Assembly: GCA_018826905.1 (NCBI GenBank) | Contig: JAHJYC010000003.1 | Span: 36,963-100,962, forward strand | Direction of reading: 5' to 3' | DNA: 64,000 nt | Source of the DNA: Patescibacteria group bacterium | Lineage (GTDB): Bacteria > Patescibacteriota > Minisyncoccia > Phycocordibacterales > Phycocordibacteraceae | Shown: positions 47,057-55,896 of the stretch, piece after piece | Layout: each line of letters starts with the position of its first letter | Numbering within the stretch: position 1 is the stretch's first letter | Made by a program: the position numbers and the translations under genes | The notes under the pieces: generated by a model | Told to the model about the DNA's origin: nothing | The model's input: only the letters and a program-made list of their open reading frames with translations | Database searches by the model: none

Positions 47057-47434
47057 ATGGTACAGCCCCAATCAATCGTTAAAGTTGCAGACAATTCAGG
47101 CGCCAAGATCGCTCGTGTCTTCAAAGTGCTTGGGGGTTCAAAGCGTCGCTATGCAGAAATCGGAGACGTCGTTGTGGTGTCTGTGCAGACTGCAGAGCCT
47201 CGCAAGTCCGTAAAGAAGAAGGATATCTACAAGGCAGTCGTTGTGCGTCAGCGTAAGGCATTCCGCCGTGCATCTGGTATTTATGTACGTTTTGATGACA
47301 ATGCTGTTGTTCTTATTGAAAAGCAGGGTAAGGAGATGGGTCCAAAGGGGAACCGTGTATTTGGTCCTGTGCCTCGCGACTTGGTTGAGCGCGGATGGCA
47401 GAATATTGCTTCTATAGCCCCTGAAGTGGTCTAA
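47057..47434 (+). CDS. rplN: 50S ribosomal protein L14
   Basis: L14, 125 aa. Confidence 0.9.
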   Translation: MVQPQSIVKVADNSGAKIARVFKVLGGSKRRYAEIGDVVVVSVQTAEPRKSVKKKDIYKAVVVRQRKAFRRASGIYVRFDDNAVVLIEKQGKEMGPKGNRVFGPVPRDLVERGWQNIASIAPEVV

Positions 47435-47445
47435 CCTCTCTGTAT

Positions 47446-47787
47446 ATGTCAAAAGCAACTCAAGGAAAGCAAACCGCAAAGTTTAAAATAAAGAAAGGCG
47501 ACACAGTCGTGGTTATTTCAGGCAAGGACAAGGGTAAGACCGGCGCTGTTGAGCGTGTACTCCGCGAAGAGGCGAAGGTAGTAGTTGAGGGTATTGCACT
47601 CGTAAAGCGACACAATCGTGGAACTCGCGGACAGACAGGGCGAATTGTAGAGAAGCCTCGCGCAATCTCAATCTCAAACGTTATGATTCAGGACCCTAAG
47701 GAAAAGAAGGGAACTCGTGTAAAGCGTGAGATGAAGGATGGAAAGCGCGTTCGTGTGTCAGTTAAGAGTGGCACGACACTCTCCTAA
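47446..47787 (+). CDS. rplX: 50S ribosomal protein L24
   Basis: KOW motif, 113 aa. Confidence 0.9.
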   Translation: MSKATQGKQTAKFKIKKGDTVVVISGKDKGKTGAVERVLREEAKVVVEGIALVKRHNRGTRGQTGRIVEKPRAISISNVMIQDPKEKKGTRVKREMKDGKRVRVSVKSGTTLS

Positions 47788-48335
47788 TGAATTTGAGTAT
47801 GATGATGACTAAAGAAAAACAAGCAAAGGCGTATGAGGCTCTCAAAGAGAAGTTCGGATACACGAACCTCTTTGCAAGTCCTCGTCTTCAGAAGATCGTT
47901 GTATCTTCAGGAGTTGGTAAGGCAGACAAGGCGCGTAAGGCATTTGTTGAGAAGCGTCTTGCAACTATCACTGGCCAGAAGGCATCTCCTCGTGCATCTA
48001 AGCAGTCTATTGCACAGTTTAAGATGCGTCAGGGCGAGATTGTCGGGTATCAGGTAACGATGCGTGGAGCTCGCATGAATGACTTCCTAGACAAGCTCAT
48101 TCACATTACGCTTCCTCGTACTCGTGACTTCCGTGGACTCTCAGCTACTGCTATTGATGAGATGGGGAACCTTACGATTGGTATTAAGGACCACACTATC
48201 TTCCCAGAGACTGCAGACGAAGATCTCAAGGATGTGTTTGGTGTTGCTGTTACGCTCGTAACAACAGCAAAGACTAAAGAAGAGGCAGAAGCCTTCTTCC
48301 GCTACCTCGGTATTCCGTTTACGGCTGCTGTATAA
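47787..48335 (+). CDS. rplE: 50S ribosomal protein L5
   Basis: L5 family, 182 aa. Confidence 0.9.
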   Translation: MNLSMMMTKEKQAKAYEALKEKFGYTNLFASPRLQKIVVSSGVGKADKARKAFVEKRLATITGQKASPRASKQSIAQFKMRQGEIVGYQVTMRGARMNDFLDKLIHITLPRTRDFRGLSATAIDEMGNLTIGIKDHTIFPETADEDLKDVFGVAVTLVTTAKTKEEAEAFFRYLGIPFTAAV

Positions 48336-48354
48336 AGAAGAGGATGTTGCAAAA

Positions 48355-48377
48355 GAGCCCGGAAACGGGCTCTTTTG
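48355..48377 (+). terminator. rho-independent terminator after rplE
   Basis: gagcccggaaacgggctcttttg. Confidence 0.6.
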
Positions 48378-48402
48378 ACATATAGAAACAGGGTTGTAGT
48401 AT
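48375..48402 (+). promoter_or_regulatory. sigma70-like promoter TTGACA-N16-TAGTAT driving the high-GC lipoprotein cassette
   Basis: ttgacatatagaaacagggttgtagtat. Confidence 0.4.
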
Positions 48403-48452
48403 CAAAATACTAAGTTTGGTAGTTGTATCAGGCTTTTAAGAAGGAGGATGAA

Positions 48453-48944
48453 GTGAGAAAGATGTTCTTTGCGGGGGCTCTTGTCCTTGCACTTTCCGCC
48501 TGCGACAGGAACACGGACAACAATCTGCGGTACGAAGTTTCCGTGGACTACCGTGAGCCTGTGGGCGCCGTGGTCAGGGAGCTCGGCCTTAACACGGAGG
48601 AAGTGCCTGTGTACGAGGTCATGAACCGCAGCAGGCATGGAGTCGGCGAAGAGCTTCGCTGGATGCGCGTGGTTCGGCATCGGGAGCTGAAGGACACCTA
48701 CAGCCCCAAAAACGGGTTTCACCCGGCCGATACGCGCGAAATGCTGGCGTTCTACGCCACGCACCCCCAGGCAGTGCCTTTCAAAGGGCTCTGCGCTCCG
48801 GGCGAGCAACTGCCGCTTGGGGAAGGGGTGATCGGCGTGCCGGTTATCACGCGCGCAGGCAATCTCGGCATTTCCGCCCATGGCTGCAAGAAGCCGGGCC
48901 GTCGCGTGCTCGTGGTGCGAGATTTCGGCCGCACGCAGCCCTGA
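48453..48944 (+). CDS. high-GC lipoprotein (~163 aa), unknown family
   Basis: aaggagg SD 5 nt before GTG 48453 (alternative ATG 48462); lipobox LVLALSAC; GC3 nearly all G/C; own terminator. Confidence 0.55.
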   Translation: MRKMFFAGALVLALSACDRNTDNNLRYEVSVDYREPVGAVVRELGLNTEEVPVYEVMNRSRHGVGEELRWMRVVRHRELKDTYSPKNGFHPADTREMLAFYATHPQAVPFKGLCAPGEQLPLGEGVIGVPVITRAGNLGISAHGCKKPGRRVLVVRDFGRTQP

Positions 48945-48950
48945 ATATAC

Positions 48951-48990
48951 GGTCCCCATGTCTTCATTGGCGCGGGGACCATTTTCTTTG
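48951..48990 (+). terminator. terminator of the lipoprotein cassette
   Basis: ggtccccatgtcttcattggcgcggggacc + attttcttt. Confidence 0.55.
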
Positions 48991-49061
48991 GGGTCAATGT
49001 TTGACAGCCTATATCCTTACTGATAGATTACATGAACGGCTCCCCGGAGCTATTTTTTCTT

Positions 49062-49331
49062 ATGGCCAAAGCCTCACAAATCGCCCGCAACAACAAGAGA
49101 ATTAAACTTGTTGAGAAGTACGCAGAAAAGCGTGCTGCTCTTAAGGCTGCTGGTGATTGGGAAGGGCTTCAGAAGCTCCCTAAGAATTCATCTCCTGTTC
49201 GTGTAAAGAATCGCTGTGCAGTTACTGGTCGTCAGCGTGGATTTATGCGCCACTTCGGTCTTTCTCGTATCACCTTCCGCGAGCTCGCTCGTGAGGGAAA
49301 GATTCCGGGAGTTAAGAAAGCCTCTTGGTAA
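49062..49331 (+). CDS. rpsN: 30S ribosomal protein S14
   Basis: [13 protein letters not shown]...; start at the internal ATG; possible TTGACA-N17-TAGATT promoter at 49001-49029. Confidence 0.85.
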   Translation: MAKASQIARNNKRIKLVEKYAEKRAALKAAGDWEGLQKLPKNSSPVRVKNRCAVTGRQRGFMRHFGLSRITFRELAREGKIPGVKKASW

Positions 49332-49341
49332 TATTTTTTGT

Positions 49342-49731
49342 ATGGTAACTGACCGCGTAGGAGATTTCATCATCCGCCTCAAGAATGCTGGCGCTATTGG
49401 CAAGGAAAAGATTTCCATGCCGTACTCAAAGCACGTTGAGGAAATTGCTAATAAGCTCAAGTCTTTGGGCTATGTTGGTGAAGTAACAAAGGGGAAGGCC
49501 CCGTACACTTTTGAGGTCACTCTTGCGTACGATGAGCGTGGACAGCACAAGATTCGTGGCGTGAAGCGTATTTCAAAGCCAGGACGTCGCCTCTACACTC
49601 CTGCTGCTGAGGCGCACAGTGTAAAGAACGGTATTGGTGCTCGTTTGATCTCAACTCCACGTGGAGTACTTACAGATCGCGAGGCTCGTAAAGTACGTTC
49701 TGGAGGGGAAGATCTCTTTGAGATTTGGTAA
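49342..49731 (+). CDS. rpsH: 30S ribosomal protein S8
   Basis: MVTDRVGDFIIRLKNA...; start at the internal ATG. Confidence 0.9.
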   Translation: MVTDRVGDFIIRLKNAGAIGKEKISMPYSKHVEEIANKLKSLGYVGEVTKGKAPYTFEVTLAYDERGQHKIRGVKRISKPGRRLYTPAAEAHSVKNGIGARLISTPRGVLTDREARKVRSGGEDLFEIW

Positions 49732-49740
49732 TACATCTAT

Positions 49741-50274
49741 ATGTCACGTCTTGCTAAAAAACCAATCGCCATTCCTTCAAAGGTTACCGTTTCAACAACT
49801 AACGGAATGCTTTCGGTGAAGGGTCCTTCAGCAACACTTGAGCGCCCTATTCACGCAGCAGTTTCAATTGAGGTTACCCCAGAAGGAGTAATGGTTGGTC
49901 CTGCAAACGATACAAAGCTTGCTCGTGCATTGACTGGTACATTTGCCGCACACGCTCGTGCCATGATCTCTGGAGTTGAGACTCCATTCAAGCGTGTCCT
50001 TGTTATTAAGGGAGTAGGGTACAAAGTAGAGCTTCGTGGACGTGATCTTGTCTTCAACGTAGGCTTTTCACACCAGGTGACTCTTACTGTTCCTGAGGGA
50101 CTTGAGGCAAAGGTTGAGAAGCTCACTATCACTATTGAAGGAGCTGACAAGCAGAAGGTCGGACAGTTCGCTGCAGAGATCCGCGCCATCAAGCCACCGG
50201 AGCCATACCTTGGAAAGGGTATTGCATACGATGATGAAGTTATTCGCCGCAAGCAAGGAAAGAAAGCCGTATAG
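49741..50274 (+). CDS. rplF: 50S ribosomal protein L6
   Basis: 177 aa L6. Confidence 0.9.
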   Translation: MSRLAKKPIAIPSKVTVSTTNGMLSVKGPSATLERPIHAAVSIEVTPEGVMVGPANDTKLARALTGTFAAHARAMISGVETPFKRVLVIKGVGYKVELRGRDLVFNVGFSHQVTLTVPEGLEAKVEKLTITIEGADKQKVGQFAAEIRAIKPPEPYLGKGIAYDDEVIRRKQGKKAV

Positions 50275-50277
50275 CCT

Positions 50278-50628
50278 ATGCCATCTACACTTCTTAACAA
50301 AAAGGAACTTCGCGACCGTCGCCACAAGCGTGTTCGCGCGCGTATTTCAGGAACTGCTGAGCGTCCTCGCCTTGCAGTCTATAAGTCAAACAAGTTTATT
50401 TCAGTACAGCTTATTGACGACGCTGCCGAGAAGACACTTGCAGCATCACACGGACGCGCGTTTCCTGGATCTCTTTCAGTACAAGCTGCAGCTGTAGGAA
50501 AAGCAATTGCAGAGAGCGCTAAGAAGGCGGGTATTTCAACAGTAGTATTTGATCGTGGAGGCTATATGTATGCGGGACAGGTTAAGGCCGTTGCAGAGGC
50601 TGCGCGCGAGGCAGGACTTACGTTTTAA
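50278..50628 (+). CDS. rplR: 50S ribosomal protein L18
   Basis: 116 aa L18. Confidence 0.9.
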   Translation: MPSTLLNKKELRDRRHKRVRARISGTAERPRLAVYKSNKFISVQLIDDAAEKTLAASHGRAFPGSLSVQAAAVGKAIAESAKKAGISTVVFDRGGYMYAGQVKAVAEAAREAGLTF

Positions 50629-50631
50629 ATC

Positions 50632-51231
50632 ATGACTGACACACCAACACCAACCATGGATACTGAGAAGAAGGCACCGGAGACCACTCCAGAGACTGCA
50701 ACTACAGCAGCACCTACTCGCGACGACCGTCGTGGCGGAGGACGTCGCCCAGGTGGCCGTGATTCACGTGGACGCGGACCCCGTGCTCCTCGTGAGCGCT
50801 CAGAGTTTGAGCAGGCAACAATTGAAGTGCGCCGTGTTGCTCGTGTGATGGCTGGAGGACGTCGTTTCTCCTTCTCTGTAACAGTAGTTATTGGAGACAA
50901 GAAGGGACGCGTGGGTGTTGGCCTTGGAAAGGGAGCTGATACTGCACTCGCTATTGATAAGGCAGTACGAGATGCTAAGAAGCACCTCATCACCGTTGCT
51001 CGCACTGCAGACGGTTCTATCGCGCATGATGTCTCTGTAAAGAACTCATCTTCAATAGTTACTATCGTTCCGAGTCCTGGTCGCGGTATCGTTGCAGGGT
51101 CTGCGATGCGTGTCGTGCTTGAACATGCAGGCGTAACGAACGTCGTTGCGAAAATCCTTACTCGCACTAAGAACAAGCTTACTATTGCTCGTGCAACCGT
51201 AGATGCACTTGCAAGCGCAGGCGCTCGCTAA
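50632..51231 (+). CDS. rpsE: 30S ribosomal protein S5 with low-complexity N-terminal extension
   Basis: S5 dsRBD + C-domain; followed directly by L15 (no L30 gene). Confidence 0.9.
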   Translation: MTDTPTPTMDTEKKAPETTPETATTAAPTRDDRRGGGRRPGGRDSRGRGPRAPRERSEFEQATIEVRRVARVMAGGRRFSFSVTVVIGDKKGRVGVGLGKGADTALAIDKAVRDAKKHLITVARTADGSIAHDVSVKNSSSIVTIVPSPGRGIVAGSAMRVVLEHAGVTNVVAKILTRTKNKLTIARATVDALASAGAR

Positions 51232-51242
51232 CCGTATTTTTT

Positions 51243-51695
51243 ATGCAGTCCAACACTCTCGCACCAAAGACAGCTCGCATCACAACGCCTCGCGTAGGTC
51301 GTGGGGGGAAGCGTGGAAAGACTTCAGGTCGTGGGACTAAAGGTCAGAACGCACGTGCAGGACACCGCAAGCGTCCTGAGATGCGTGACATCCTCAAGAA
51401 GCTTCCAAAGCTTCGTGGACACGGACAGAACCGCTCACACACTGTTCGCTCTAATCGTCTGATCTACGCCCCAGTTAACCTCACTCTTCTAGAGGCCGCA
51501 TTTAATGCGGGAGACACTGTTACTCCAGAGACTCTTTACAAGAAGGGGTTGATATCAGCACGTGGAGGAAAGATTGCGTACGTAAAGATCCTAGGGACTG
51601 GATCACTCACGAAAGCACTTACTGTTTCAGACTGCGCGGCGTCGGGCGCAGCAAAGACTGCAATTGAAGCAGCAGGCGGTTCGCTTGTCTCCTAA
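51243..51695 (+). CDS. rplO: 50S ribosomal protein L15
   Basis: 150 aa L15. Confidence 0.9.
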   Translation: MQSNTLAPKTARITTPRVGRGGKRGKTSGRGTKGQNARAGHRKRPEMRDILKKLPKLRGHGQNRSHTVRSNRLIYAPVNLTLLEAAFNAGDTVTPETLYKKGLISARGGKIAYVKILGTGSLTKALTVSDCAASGAAKTAIEAAGGSLVS

Positions 51696-51701
51696 TCCGC
51701 C

Positions 51702-52967
51702 ATGGCAAGCCAGGCGATACACAAACTAAAGATTATCTTCTCAGACGCGACTATTCGTAATCGCGTGCTGTTTATCCTTGCGGCATTTGCTGCATTCCGT
51801 GTACTCGCTGCGGTGCCGATCCCAGGTGTAAACCGTGTCGCACTTGAGCAGTTTTTCAATAACAATCAGTTCCTCGGACTCCTCAATATCTTCTCCGGAG
51901 GAGGCCTTTCAAGTCTTTCAATAGTTATGCTCGGTGTGGGCCCGTACATTACGGCGTCTATCATCATGCAGCTTGCTACCGTTATCTTCCCGAAGGTAAA
52001 GGCAATGTACACAGAAGAGGGAGAAGCAGGGCGCACCAAGTTCATCTCACTGTCCCGTGTCATTACGGTGCCATTTGCGATTCTACAGTCTGTAGCGTTC
52101 CTCTCTCTTCTTGAGAATCAGGGCATTGTTGTGGCGCTCACACCGTTCGCGTTTGCACTAAACGTGTTCCTTGTGGCCGCTGGATCCATGCTTCTTATGT
52201 GGGTTGGTGAGCTTATTACTGAGTTTGGTATCGGAAACGGTGTTTCACTCATCATCTTTGCTGGTATTGTTGCAGGGCTCCCCGCAGGTATCAGCCAGCT
52301 TCTCTTTACTGCGTCTGCAGCAAATATCCCTGCGTATGTAGGATTTACTTTCCTTGCGCTTCTGGTTGTCTTTGCCGTGGTTCTGGTGTCTGAAGCAGAG
52401 CGATCTATTCCTATTCACTATGCCCGCGCAACGCGTGGTATTTCTGGATCTCCAACGTACCTTCCAATTCGCTTGCTTCAGGCAGGAGTTATGCCGATTA
52501 TCTTCGCGCTTTCACTTCTCCTTCTTCCGCAGATGGTACTTACGGGACTTTCTGCAGTTGGTATTGCAGGGTCTGCCGGACTACTCGCTGCATTCACTGA
52601 GTTTGCTGCAAATCCATTTGCGTATGGAGCCTTCTACTTTGTACTCGTTGTTATGTTCACTTATTTCTACACTTCAATTACCTTTGAACCACATCGTGTT
52701 GCGGAGAACCTTCAGAAGTCAGGTGCGTTCATTCCTGGAGTTCGCCCAGGGCGCGAGACTGAGAACTACATTGCAAACGTTGTTAATCGCGTGACTCTTC
52801 CGGGCGCAACCTTCCTCGGACTTGTTGCAGTTATTCCGTTCATTATCCAGGGTATCACTGGTATCACCGCTATCCTCATTGGCGGTACAGCACTCCTCAT
52901 CGTTGTGAACGTAGTACTTGATCTTATCCGTAAGATTGATGCGCAGGCATCTCTCGGAGAGTATTAA
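51702..52967 (+). CDS. secY: preprotein translocase subunit SecY
   Basis: 10-TM, 421 aa, SecY signature. Confidence 0.95.
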   Translation: MASQAIHKLKIIFSDATIRNRVLFILAAFAAFRVLAAVPIPGVNRVALEQFFNNNQFLGLLNIFSGGGLSSLSIVMLGVGPYITASIIMQLATVIFPKVKAMYTEEGEAGRTKFISLSRVITVPFAILQSVAFLSLLENQGIVVALTPFAFALNVFLVAAGSMLLMWVGELITEFGIGNGVSLIIFAGIVAGLPAGISQLLFTASAANIPAYVGFTFLALLVVFAVVLVSEAERSIPIHYARATRGISGSPTYLPIRLLQAGVMPIIFALSLLLLPQMVLTGLSAVGIAGSAGLLAAFTEFAANPFAYGAFYFVLVVMFTYFYTSITFEPHRVAENLQKSGAFIPGVRPGRETENYIANVVNRVTLPGATFLGLVAVIPFIIQGITGITAILIGGTALLIVVNVVLDLIRKIDAQASLGEY

Positions 52968-53001
52968 ACGCGCGTAGCGGTGCGCGTGCTAGAGTCTCTA
53001 T

Positions 53002-53589
53002 ATGAATACACGAGGTATCTTAGTTCCCGTCGTAGCTCCCACTGGAAGCGGGAAGGATACGCTCATTACGTACGCGAAGTCTCTGTATCCTGAAATTGTG
53101 TTGTCCATATCGTGCACGACTCGTGCTCCTCGCGAAGGGGAGGTTGATGGTGTTGATTACTACTTCCTTACGCGAGAAGCGTTTGAGGCGCGTATCGCAG
53201 AGGGCGGGTTACTTGAGTGGGCAGAGTATGGAGGCAACTACTATGGCACGCCAAAGGCAGAGATAGAACAGGCTCTTTCAGAAGGGAAGCTTATTATGGG
53301 AGATATTGAAGTGCAGGGAGTGCGCCTCATTAGCGAACTCCTCCCAAAGGAAGAATTTAGCACCATATACATTGATGCAGGGTCTTGGGAGGTATTGTCT
53401 GCGCGCGCTCTCTCTCGCGCTCCTATGAGCGAGCAGGAGCTTCTGAAGAGAAAGTCACGATACGAGGATGAGGCATCATACAAAGCTGAAGCAACCTATG
53501 TTGTTCATAATCCAGACGGGCACCTTGAGGTGGCAAAAGAGGAAATGAAGCAGGTTGTGGAGGAGCTTCTTGCACGAATCGCTCGCTAA
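53002..53589 (+). CDS. gmk: guanylate kinase
   Basis: P-loop APTGSGKDT; TTRAPREGEVDGVDYYF guanylate-kinase signature. Confidence 0.8.
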   Translation: MNTRGILVPVVAPTGSGKDTLITYAKSLYPEIVLSISCTTRAPREGEVDGVDYYFLTREAFEARIAEGGLLEWAEYGGNYYGTPKAEIEQALSEGKLIMGDIEVQGVRLISELLPKEEFSTIYIDAGSWEVLSARALSRAPMSEQELLKRKSRYEDEASYKAEATYVVHNPDGHLEVAKEEMKQVVEELLARIAR

Positions 53590-53612
53590 TACTTATTTGG
53601 TACTATTATCTT

Positions 53613-54194
53613 ATGGAACAACTTTCGTACAGCAACGTACTTCTTATGGGCCGTCCTGGGTCTGGGAAGGGGACACAAGCAAAGCGTCTTGCAGAGAAGT
53701 TTGGATGGGAACACTTTTCTACGGGAGATCGGTTTAAGATACTTCGCGACGAGGACAGCGAGATCGGAAGAAGCGTACGTGAAGCGTATGACGCAGGGAA
53801 ACTGCTTCCTGATTGGTTTGCAACGTATCTTTTTGAAAGCGTTGTTTTGTCTATGAGTCCTGAGAAGGGACTTGTATCTGAAGGGTACCCTCGTTCCCTA
53901 GGACAGGCAGAGATATTTGATGAGATTCTTTCATGGCTAACCCGCCCATATAAGGTCTTGGATCTTGCTGTTTCTGATGAGCTTGTAACAGAGCGCATGC
54001 TTCTTCGCGCAGAGACGGAACACCGTCCTGACAGCGCAACAAAGGAGCAGATTATGGCTCGCCTTGCGACCTACGAAGAGCACACTGCTCCTGTGCTTGA
54101 TTTCTTTAGAGAGAGAGGGCTCCTTGTTTCAATAGACGGAGCTCTTTCTCCTGACCAGGTTACCGAAGCAATTCTAAGAGAGCTCTCTGCATGA
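53613..54194 (+). CDS. adk: adenylate kinase
   Basis: GRPGSGKGTQ P-loop, NMP-binding and LID regions. Confidence 0.9.
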   Translation: MEQLSYSNVLLMGRPGSGKGTQAKRLAEKFGWEHFSTGDRFKILRDEDSEIGRSVREAYDAGKLLPDWFATYLFESVVLSMSPEKGLVSEGYPRSLGQAEIFDEILSWLTRPYKVLDLAVSDELVTERMLLRAETEHRPDSATKEQIMARLATYEEHTAPVLDFFRERGLLVSIDGALSPDQVTEAILRELSA

Positions 54195-54973
54195 TTGTAC
54201 GTACAAGCGAGGAGCGAGAAGGAATTTTGGAATCAGGGAGGCGACTTGCCGCAGTCCTCTCAAAACTTGAGAACATGGTAGCGCCAGGTGTGTCTGTTGA
54301 AGACTTGGACACTGAAGCAGAGCGTCTTATTCGTGAGACGGGAGATACTCCTGCCTTTCTTCACTACACCCCAGAAGGGGCCAGAAGGCCCTATCCTGCG
54401 TCGTTGTGTGTCTCAGTGAATGAGGAAGTAGTGCATGGACTTCCGAATGAGGCACCAAGAATACTTAAACAAGGAGATGTAGTGTCCCTAGACCTAGGTC
54501 TTACTCACAAAGGATTTATAACTGATTCTGCGATTACGGTCCCTGTTGGGAAGATCGCTAAGAACATTCAATCGTTGCTGGATACTACTCGCGCTTCTCT
54601 TGAGGCGGGTATTCTCGCAGCACGTCCGGGCAACCGCATTGGAGATATTTCATACGCAACCGGAAGTGCATTCAAAGGAACAGGTTTTTCTGTTGTAAAG
54701 ATGCTTGGCGGACACGCAGTGGGACGCGCGGTGCACGAGGAGCCATTTATAGCTAATGACGGGCACCCAGGAACAGGTCCAGAAATTGTTGCGGGTATGG
54801 TGCTCGCTATTGAGCCCATCGCAAACATAGGCAAGGCCGCCGTTATTATTGCTCCAGACGGGTATACATACAGAACAAAGGACGGATCTGTATCTGCACA
54901 CTTTGAGCACACTATTTTAGTTGAAGAGAATGAGACGGTGGTGGTAACGAGGAGAGAGGGAGAAGTGTACTAA
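54191..54973 (+). CDS. map: type I methionine aminopeptidase
   Basis: 260 aa; metal ligands D/D/H/E/E in the pita-bread fold (VSLDLG..., GHAVG...). Confidence 0.9.
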   Translation: MIVRTSEEREGILESGRRLAAVLSKLENMVAPGVSVEDLDTEAERLIRETGDTPAFLHYTPEGARRPYPASLCVSVNEEVVHGLPNEAPRILKQGDVVSLDLGLTHKGFITDSAITVPVGKIAKNIQSLLDTTRASLEAGILAARPGNRIGDISYATGSAFKGTGFSVVKMLGGHAVGRAVHEEPFIANDGHPGTGPEIVAGMVLAIEPIANIGKAAVIIAPDGYTYRTKDGSVSAHFEHTILVEENETVVVTRREGEVY

Positions 54974-54974
54974 T

Positions 54975-55508
54975 ATGCAGCCACAGATCCCACACCCGTA
55001 CGGTTTGAATGAAGGGTACATGTGGCTCCCTACACCTGTTGAGTGGTTTGCTGATATTCCAGAGCATGTTTTTGTGGATGGGATTGAACTTGAGCGAAAG
55101 ACGAGTTTCCATGTGAGTTTGTTTGAGCTCCCGCATCTTGTTGCATTCATTGCTGAAAGGACAGGTGTTTCTCCTGACGAGGTTGAGAAGAAGGTACTCG
55201 CACATTTCTTGTCGTATGTAGCTGAGAAACCCATCACGTTCAAAGCATTTTTGGATGATTTCAGATGTGTGGAAAAGGAAGAAAGAAAGAGCGTTGTTGT
55301 CCGTTGCGAGATTCATAACCTGAACGGGTTCTTTGAAGTCCTGGAGAACGAGTTTGGAATCAGTGTATACAGACAACCAGCACATGTAACGATATACACG
55401 CTCGGTCTTAACAAGGGAATAGGACTTCACACGCTTGAAGAAATGGAGTCACTCCCTAAGGTAGATCTTCCGGAAGTATTCATCTCTATTTACGATATAA
55501 TTACGTAA
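54975..55508 (+). CDS. 2H-phosphoesterase superfamily protein (LigT-like), putative
   Basis: Two H-x-T/S-x motifs (FHVSLF and HVTIYT) spaced as in 2H family. Confidence 0.45.
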   Translation: MQPQIPHPYGLNEGYMWLPTPVEWFADIPEHVFVDGIELERKTSFHVSLFELPHLVAFIAERTGVSPDEVEKKVLAHFLSYVAEKPITFKAFLDDFRCVEKEERKSVVVRCEIHNLNGFFEVLENEFGISVYRQPAHVTIYTLGLNKGIGLHTLEEMESLPKVDLPEVFISIYDIIT

Positions 55509-55810
55509 TGAGTCATTACCGAAAATTGGTTCGGGACAATATACCGCAGATCTTAGATGAAAAGGGTGTTTCATATACTCAAACTATTGCGGACGATACG
55601 GAGTACAAGAAGGAGCTCATAAAGAAATTGCTTGAGGAAGCAACTGAGTTTGCGGAACAGAGTTCTGTAGAAGAACTCGCAGATGTGCTTGAGGTGGTGG
55701 CTGCCTTAAAGAAGCTAGAGGAATATGCTGACGTTGAGGCAGTCTGCTTAGACAAGCGAGAGGAACGGGGAGGATTTGAGAAGAGGATTATCCTTGAGGG
55801 GGAGAAATAA
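55508..55810 (+). CDS. MazG-like all-alpha NTP pyrophosphohydrolase domain protein
   Basis: 100 aa; EExxEFAEQ...EELADVLEVVAAL EExx(E/D) motifs. Confidence 0.5.
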   Translation: MSHYRKLVRDNIPQILDEKGVSYTQTIADDTEYKKELIKKLLEEATEFAEQSSVEELADVLEVVAALKKLEEYADVEAVCLDKREERGGFEKRIILEGEK

Positions 55811-55896
55811 GACCCACTGACAGCAACAGGGCAATGTAGTATAGTGCGGTTATACACGCCCTCGGGCGATTTTTAGTAACAATTACCTACGTACTC

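Noticed and set aside
50625-51176. 183-aa minus-strand ORF
   Set aside because: It is antisense to rpsE and low complexity.
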